Origin: Lytechinus pictus
Taxonomy: Eukaryota
Length of the DNA stretch: 60,000 bases
Direction of reading: 5' to 3'
Assembly (NCBI RefSeq): GCF_037042905.1
Contig: NC_087246.1
Location: 7,318,001-7,378,000, forward strand
Below, piece after piece: positions 51,171 to 60,000 of the stretch (the first letter of the stretch is position 1; each line of letters starts with the position of its first letter). The notes below the pieces were generated by a model. The model was not told where the DNA came from, searched no databases, and was given only the letters and a program-made list of their open reading frames with translations. A program made the position numbers and the translations under genes.

Positions 51171-51809
51171 TTTAGAATGTTTCGTTTCTAATTTAAAAAA
51201 AAAAAAAAGCCAGCTCGGCTTGTGCTGGATTTTTTTAAAAACAGATACATAACATTCTTTATTTCAAAACGTCATCAAAATGTCCAGTTTACGGATTGGA
51301 ATATAAAAATCAGATTGCGTTTCGGGCTCGCATCAATAGCCTATATATCATTTTTTTAAAATATGTATTAAATGCTCCGTTTTCACGTCAGAATATTTAA
51401 AATTTCTGAAATTTTTTATATTACAAAAATTTTCATGATTACACTTACGATTTGTGTAACTTTTTAACTTTCAGCTCTCAATTTCATGGCATATTATAAA
51501 AATGCTTGCGCTTCGCGCTCGCATTATTCAAATGGGCCTTGTCAGATGCTTAATCGTGCTTGTGAGAATAAAGATAATATGTACTTGATAATAAATACTT
51601 GATGAATCAATCTATTTTGGTACCCCCTGCAAAATACCAAGCCCCGCCCCCGTGCTCCTCTGCTGACAAAATCCTAGCTACGCTGCTGGTGAGTGAGCTG
51701 ACTGACCAAGTCTTTTAAGCAAAACCCTTAATTTAGGGAAGAATTTGTGTTTATTAATAAAAAAAAATGTTTAAAATTACAATATTTACATTCAATTGAG
51801 GTTATGCAG

Positions 51810-51910
51810 GATAAATAAATAAATATGTATAAATATATAAATAAAAGAATAAATAAATAAATAAATAAATGGTTAAATAAATAAATAAATGAATAAATAA
51901 ATAACTAAAT
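51810..51910. repeat. (TAAA)n microsatellite
   Basis: Imperfect run of ataa/taaa units. Confidence 0.85.
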
Positions 51911-52669
51911 GACCCCCTCCCCAACAAGCTTTCTATTATTTTGCTTCTGTTGTTTTATGCCTTTTCTTGATTTTTTTTTGGGGGGCAAGTTTCCCCTCCC
52001 CCTCACTTCCATGCATCAGAAAGCTTATGTCAGTGTCCGTAGCTCATTTTCCCAATTTTAGAATGTAAAAGGCGTTGTTTCATGCAACTGCGGTCTCTTT
52101 GATAAGTTAATTGAACAGTTCATTAGACCAGAAATTAAAATAGATCGGTCAATAACCATTTGCATGAGCTAAGAGTTTTCATCTGTGGAGAATGATGTTT
52201 GAAATACTAAAAGAGTAGGTTCTTTAAGTTCACATTTTAATTCTTAAAGCTCATTTCATCATATGTATTGCCATGTTGGGAAATGCAGTCGCACGACCAT
52301 TATGACAAACAAATCTAAAGGCTAATGACCAGCGTCCAGCGCATGCAGATATTGTAATATATAGATTGCATTTCCCAAATTGGCATTGGCAATACATACA
52401 TGTATGTCCAGGGCTGCCCAGGGTCGGGCTGTCCGGCCCCCGTCTTAGACTACGATATATAACAGCATGGACCTATGATAATAGCAAACGCGAAAACTGT
52501 AATGAAGCAAAATGATTTGAATGAAAATTATAACTTGCAATGCAAAAGACCAAATAACATTTATTATTCATATTTTCACATAATAATTATAGCAGCAGAA
52601 CATTGGAAACAACTGAAACTAATAATTATTCACAAAAGCGCCATTCATGTGATAATAAAATAATAAGCT

Positions 52670-53090
52670 CATCGAACCTAAATGACGTATAACCTTGATC
52701 ATGTGAACTGAAATTTGTGCAAAATGATCCATGATACTTTAATACCCTTATATTCAAGTTTAATCATGAACTGGATCAATAAAATTCAAAAGTTATGATG
52801 ACATTAAGAAAAAATACCCCCATATGGCCAAAGTTCAGTGACTAAATGACCTTTGACCTTAATCATGTGATCTAAAACTTGTGCAAGACGATCAGTAATA
52901 CCTGAATACTGTTATAAGTGTCATTAATTTTTTCTATACGTTCAAAGTTATAACGAAATTTCGAAAACGTAACCTTGGTTAAGATTTCAAGGTTGATATG
53001 ACGCTGTTATATCAAAACTACCGTCGCCTCCGCCTGAAAAGTGGCTCCTTTAGTCCTGCTCTGCTATATGCATGCAGGCGAGACAAAAAA
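52670..53090 (-). mobile_element. Diverged HINE-family copy (5' part)
   Basis: Ends ATGCAGGCGAGACAAAAAA (reverse complement of the family 5' end) and contains TGACCTTTGACCTT repeat motifs. Confidence 0.65.
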
Positions 53091-54856
53091 TAGGTATTGC
53101 CGTGGCAACGGCCATATTTTTTTAGACTTTGATAATCCAATAATTGAAGTAAAATGTAGATTGACAGAGTAGTTTAAAAATGCTAATTCGATCGTTTTAT
53201 TCATACATGTATATTTTCTATGCACAAAGGGGGCAGTCTGCCCCCCCCCCCCCCGACGAGCTTGAAGACCTTTTTTTTTTGCTTGTCAAATTTTTTGGCC
53301 GACAGTTTTGCCCCCCCCCCCCCCCTGTGGAAAATCCTAGATACGCTACTGTTTCTATGATTTTGGATATAGATATTCCTACAAAATTAATGTTACCATG
53401 GTGACGGCAAATTAAATATCAGACCTATTTATGAATATCGCCACAGGTAGATTTACGTTCAGCACCAATTAATTCGCGGAAATAGCAAGAAGATCGAACT
53501 CTACAAAAGTAAACATAATCCTATATAAGATCACGACGAGTATCGCACTGATTATTATAAGTATGTGCAATATAGATGTAATATTGTGCGCTGTTTGTAT
53601 TTTATCAGAAATGCGCATCCGATAAATGTTCATTGTTATCTTTCGCATATATAACATAAAATGATATATCTTGCATCTTATTTCAACATTTGTTTTCACT
53701 ATATGTGCCATGACAACAATTATTATGTATTTATTCGGTTAGCGCTAAAATTGACGAAATTGAGATGCGGAACACAAACATTATACTATTAATAGTTTTC
53801 ACAAACTTCTATTTTGAGTAAATCACGATTTTTTTATGTCGTATTGCCATATATGTGTGTGTAATATTCCAAATTGAAATGCATATTTAGTAGACTTATA
53901 ACTTAAAACTCTGAATAAAAATAATTCCATATCAAAGATAACCAAATATATGATGATAATCCGTCAAAATATCAAAATGCGTGATTTTCAACAGTCTTTC
54001 AAAATTTTACGCAAAAAATCATACTTTCACGCAAAAGTGCACTTGGTATCCGCCCGTACGTTATTCCTCAGGATTTCCGCAAGACTTTTAGCTGGAATGC
54101 AAAGAATTGACAAATTGTGCTATCCAATTAAAAACTCGCTTTAGAATGCACTTATACATGTAATTAAAAACTCGCTTTAGTATGTACTTATACATGTAAT
54201 TATGTACATAATGTACGGTATTTTCAATTTTTCTTTCAAAATGCGCACCTGGTAAAATGCACATTGTCTCCTTTCGGATAACATAAAGTGAGATATCTTC
54301 CATCGTACTTGAAAATTCTTTTAATATTTGTGACATTAGGACATTTACTATACATTTGATGGATAAACGCAGTTAAATCGAAGAATTTAAGCTGCGTAAA
54401 AAAACTTCAAACTATTGATAGTTTTCACAAACTTTTATTTTGAGGAAATCGCGGTTTTATGTTTCCCTGTGCCATATGTGTGTGTGTAATATTCAAATTT
54501 GAAATGCATATTTATGAGACTTATAATTTGAAACTCTGAATAAAAATAATTTCATATCAAAGATAATCAAAAATATGATGATAATCCGTCAAAATATCAA
54601 AATGCGTGATTTTCGACATTCTTTCAGTTTTTACGCTAAAAATGACACTTTCACGCAAAATTGCGCTTGGCATCCGGCCGTACGCTACTCCTGGGTATTT
54701 TTGCAAGACTTTTAGCTGGGATGCCAAGCATTAACAAATTTTGCCGTCGAATCCTTATCTAGAGCACTTTTTTACTTTTGGCCGGTCTACTATAATAGTA
54801 GCATAAAATGATACTCTAGTCTAATGCATGTACTACGGACCTTTTACAAGATGGGC

Positions 54857-55447
54857 TTAAAGGAGAATGAAACCCTTGAAACCAGCTGAATCCATATCAA
54901 AGAGAAAAATCAAAGAAACATATTGTTGAAAGTTTGAGGAAGATTGAATGAATAATAAGAAAGTTATGAGCATTCGAATATTGAGATCACTAGTGCCATG
55001 TAGATCCTCCCAACGGCAATGCGACCAAGATCTGTGATATCACACACGTACAACTCCCTCATTACTTTAGTACTTATTTCACTTATATTCTCACTTTTAT
55101 AGAGTCTATCACAAGGTGAGGTGTTCTCTTTATGAGATGACAAGTACAGAGGTTTCACAACATTATATCATTGATGAATCGTTTGTCATATGATTAGAAT
55201 GAGCAAAAAGAGATGTTTTGGGGTATATTTTCAGTGTCCAAATGGGAGAGTTGTACGTGTGTGACATCACAGATCTTGGTCGCATTGCCAATGGGAGGAT
55301 CTCCATAGCATTAGTGATCTCGACATTCAAATGCTCATAACTCTTTTATTGCTAGTCCTATTTTTCTCAAAGTTTTGTTGATCTTATTCTTTGATTTTTC
55401 TGCTTTCACAAAAGCTAACTTGCTCCAAGAGTTTCATTCTCCTTTAA
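54857..55447. mobile_element. TTAA-flanked foldback MITE (Kolobok-like)
   Basis: TTAAAGGAGAATGAAAC...GTTTCATTCTCCTTTAA; related to 32483-33062. Confidence 0.85.
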
Positions 55448-57499
55448 ACCCTAAAAACACTGGGCTATTTTGACAGCATTATGATGATAGCATTATTTAC
55501 AAAACTGTATGATGGAAATTTATGCAAAAAATCAAGCCTCCAAAACTGCTAATTCTTTGATAAACCAATTTTTTAAAATGTATTTTATCCATTATTTTTG
55601 AAATTTCTTATGTATGCAACTTTATTCTGATCATAAACCAGATGAAATTAATTTGAAATTTGGCTAAAAACACAATTTGCATTGGATTAGTAATGAATTC
55701 ACATTTGGGTCTGGCATGCACTTAAGAAATTTTGCCATAATTTCAAATTATGTACATGAGGGTTGTAAATTTGGTCTCAAAGGTTTGTGATACTTAAAAG
55801 GAAAAAGACAACATTGCGGCACCAGATTTTCATATTACGTGTACTATCGTGTTGCATGTCCCACAGGAGAAAACAAACTTTACAGATAAAAATATAATGA
55901 TAATTTAACTGCTGATAAATCTGGTTTTGTGTGACATTACATTCTCCATTTCAGAGGAAACTAATTCTTACACTGCATCAAATAAACAAAATCTATTGTT
56001 CAGGGGATTGGAAATATACCCCCATAATTATTTAGACAAGATGATAAAAAAAAAATCAACTTTCAATAATAAGACGTACAATTAGAAATAACATTTCACA
56101 CATCTTTATTATTGCATAATGCCTGCTATAGCATGCATCATTCAATTAAATTCACATTTATACAGTCGAAATCTGTCTCTTCCAAGCAATCCATCACTCA
56201 TCGACTGCTCCCAGGGGTGTTCCTTCTACTTCATTTCCAATTCTTGTTCAATGTGATACATTTATATCCAATTGCCAAAGTGATGGAGATTTGACAGCAT
56301 GAACGCATCTTAAAGATGAAAATCTATAATGATAACACACTTGAAGTAAAGTAAAGCCTATGAGTTATTTTCCACTCCCATTATAATACTGAATGTTGAA
56401 TAGAATATAGTTTAATCTGTTGAATTTTGACTTCTTTGTTACTACATCACACATTTTCCATGCAGCCAACAGGTATTCACTCTGCTTTGCACAAGTCTAA
56501 TCCAATGGGACTGCAATAAGAAACTTTGAATCATGCAACATTCAACTCGGGAAATGTAAATAGAAATTTATGGGAAGATTTATAAGTTTTCTTATGTTTT
56601 AACCAATTTACCCCAGTAACAATATACAGGCACAGTTAACCATAGAATACTTCAAGTCATTGTGGGACAGTGGTGTATAGGTGTTGTGATTAACCTATCG
56701 TATCTATAAAGAAGATATATGGCCCAAGAAGGGAAGAAGATGACCATATACTATAAAGAGATAAAATCACAGCAAACATGCATAGTTTGCATGCATTCCT
56801 TATGTTACATAATGTTAGTAATTGTCCACTATTAAAGCCACAAAGCTACAAACATAAAATCAATCTCCACGTTTTCATTCCAAAAGAGCTCTGAGAAGAA
56901 ATATGTGTTGATTTGGATGAGTTTCCTTTTGATCAAAGTCAGCCATGCAAGCACATAAGCAATAACCCATTCTAACCAAAGAATCCTAAGTGTTTGGACA
57001 TCAACTGCAGATCATTTTAATTTGATTGAAAACAAATTAAATAGTACACATTAGTCACATTTTTTCAGAACACACAAACTGAATACCTGTAGGATGAATT
57101 CCTATATTTTTGAATGCATAAGTAATCAAACTTTTCCTCAAAAGTGAACTACCTTCCTATTTTATCAAAAACATATCCTATCAAAAATATTTTCAATGGA
57201 ACAAGTGACTTATGAAAGTATTAAGATGCTCTTAATAAGAGAGATTAGTAGAGAATAGGGAGGGGTAATGATTACATGGTGATTTCACTGAAGAATCTTA
57301 AGTATACTCTAGCAAATGGCTGAGAAAACTGATATAAACCCATGTATTAAATACACAGAATATGTAATCAAATCAAATGCTTGGTGTAAGAGAGTATCAT
57401 AAACAAAATATTTAATGAACTCTTCTCTTACACTGCATAAACAATATTTTTCTAACAATAGATATATCTGTATGATTATCTTTGTACATTTTCCTGCTT

Positions 57500-57796
<297 letters not shown>

Positions 57797-58349
57797 TTAG
57801 ACCAGTGATTTGGTGTAGTCTGACAGACCAACAAAATAAAGAAATATATAAGAAATTCAATGTCAATGACTTTGAAATTTAACCAGTTTAAAACTGAAAT
57901 TTCCTTATCTATATTATTGAAATTTTGATATTAGACTTCAAACCTTATCAACCAGGATGAGCTATGGTATTACCAATTAGGATTTCTCAATTTTTGTGCT
58001 TGATTTCAACAACGTATAACATCGTGATATTGTTGCAATCTATATGGGCACTGCAATACTTGTTTGCAACTTGTATTACTCCACTTGGAGTAAGAATAAT
58101 CTTGTGGTAAGCGACAAAGAATCGTAGTAGTAAACGAATATGGCAGCACCCACATAGAAAGCAACAATTTATTGCTATGGGTTGATAAATTCAAGAAAGA
58201 GAATTGAGAAGTCCTGAATGGTAATCTTATTTCCATAGTCCTACTTGATTGATTCAAAGTTGGAAATCTAACAAAAGATGTGCAGGAAATTGCATCAGTG
58301 ACTGGCAGCATCTGTTGGGTACCAGTGGACCAACTAGAATGGGGCCAAA

Positions 58350-58475
58350 TAATGATGATGACGATGATTGGTGATGATTATGATGACAATAATGATGATG
58401 ACGATGAGGATAAAGTTCTTGATGATTGTGATGGTGAAGATGATGATAACAATGATGGTGAATCTGATGATTATT
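58350..58475. repeat. (GAT)n-like low-complexity tract in NDUFS8 intron
   Basis: Imperfect gat/gac trinucleotide run. Confidence 0.75.
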
Positions 58476-58500
58476 AATTATGACATATAAAAAAGATAAA

Positions 58501-59294
<794 letters not shown>

Positions 59295-59808
59295 CTATGT
59301 ATTAACAAAACAAAACTCACTTCAAAGATTGTTTCACAACTTTAAAACCAAATGTTATATAAATCTCAAGAAACACACTTCAGTATATAATTTGAGCTTC
59401 TTACTTAAGAGAACAGTGTGATCCATCATGATTTTTAAATCCAGGCAATACCTTTATCATGTAATAGTTTAGATTTCATAATGATATTACTCTAGTATCC
59501 AAATTACATTTCAATTATGTCAGATGATTTCTTTGCTTAGAGATTGAGGGAATTTTTAAACAAAGAAGCTCTTACCATTGAACAAATAAGACAAGTAACA
59601 AACGACTCCTACAGATATCATGCATAGGAACCATACTGTCATGTGATCAACAATCATATTTTGTGCAGCTCTGCCTCTTGACAGAGGTGACTGCGGGTTT
59701 GAATGGGTGAAATGATGCAGCTTTTTATCTCAGAACTTAACAACAGTCGTATTAAAATCACATTAACACTTTCTGCTTTTTACTCTAATGAATGGGTTTG
59801 CCTTCTTT

Positions 59809-59843
<35 letters not shown>

Positions 59844-60000
59844 CAAATGTATTGCTGTACACATGCATGACAAAATTATTGCCAAACACCCCCTAAACGA
59901 GTTTATCTCTGTGTGCAAAATAACACCCTAAACAAGTTTTCCACGGGCTTTATTTACACATTTGGCCCCTAAACAAGTTGTCGCCAGAATATGACCCCGG

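Larger units (their letters stand above)
46622..54792. mobile_element. 8.2-kb non-autonomous element with ~1-kb TIRs, Academ-like
   Basis: TAGTAGACCGGCCAAAA...TTTTGGCCGGTCTACTA flanked by 3-bp direct repeat TAA; 46622-47630 is the reverse complement of ~53785-54792; each arm contains an internal ~620-bp-period duplication. Confidence 0.75.

Noticed and set aside
46623..54791. Polinton/Maverick (AGTAG termini, long TIRs)
   Set aside because: No 6-bp TSD and no polymerase B, integrase or capsid remnants; TAG termini with a 3-bp TSD fit better.
58280..58477. Asp-rich ORF
   Set aside because: Translation of a (GAT)n tract on the antisense strand of an NDUFS8 intron.

Overview
AT-rich animal genomic DNA with spliceosomal genes and dense DNA-transposon content; the repeat style suggests an echinoderm such as a sea urchin (inference). 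Three host genes are supported. (1) The last coding exon of a SEC14-like GOLD-domain gene (+, 955-1112). (2) A RanBP1 gene (+): six exons at 37095-41907 plus an inferred 9-nt first exon at 9336, giving a ~27.7-kb first intron and a 264-aa protein. (3) The last two exons of NDUFS8 (-, 59166-59294 and 57500-57631). RanBP1 intron 1 holds nested mobile elements: a hAT-like element with a 110-bp minisatellite inserted into a second copy of itself (8-bp TSD), an Academ-like long-TIR element carrying LINE fragments and a Helentron-type element, a decayed Sola2 transposon, a 4.9-kb higher-order tandem array and several MITEs. Between RanBP1 and NDUFS8 lies an 8.2-kb element with ~1-kb TIRs. It contains the most unusual structure in the window, a palindromic Tc1 element in which an intact DD34E transposase is fused head-to-head with an inverted copy lacking exactly 600 bp and encoding only the DNA-binding domain. 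No rRNA, bona fide tRNA or CRISPR array was found. All coordinates were read by eye.
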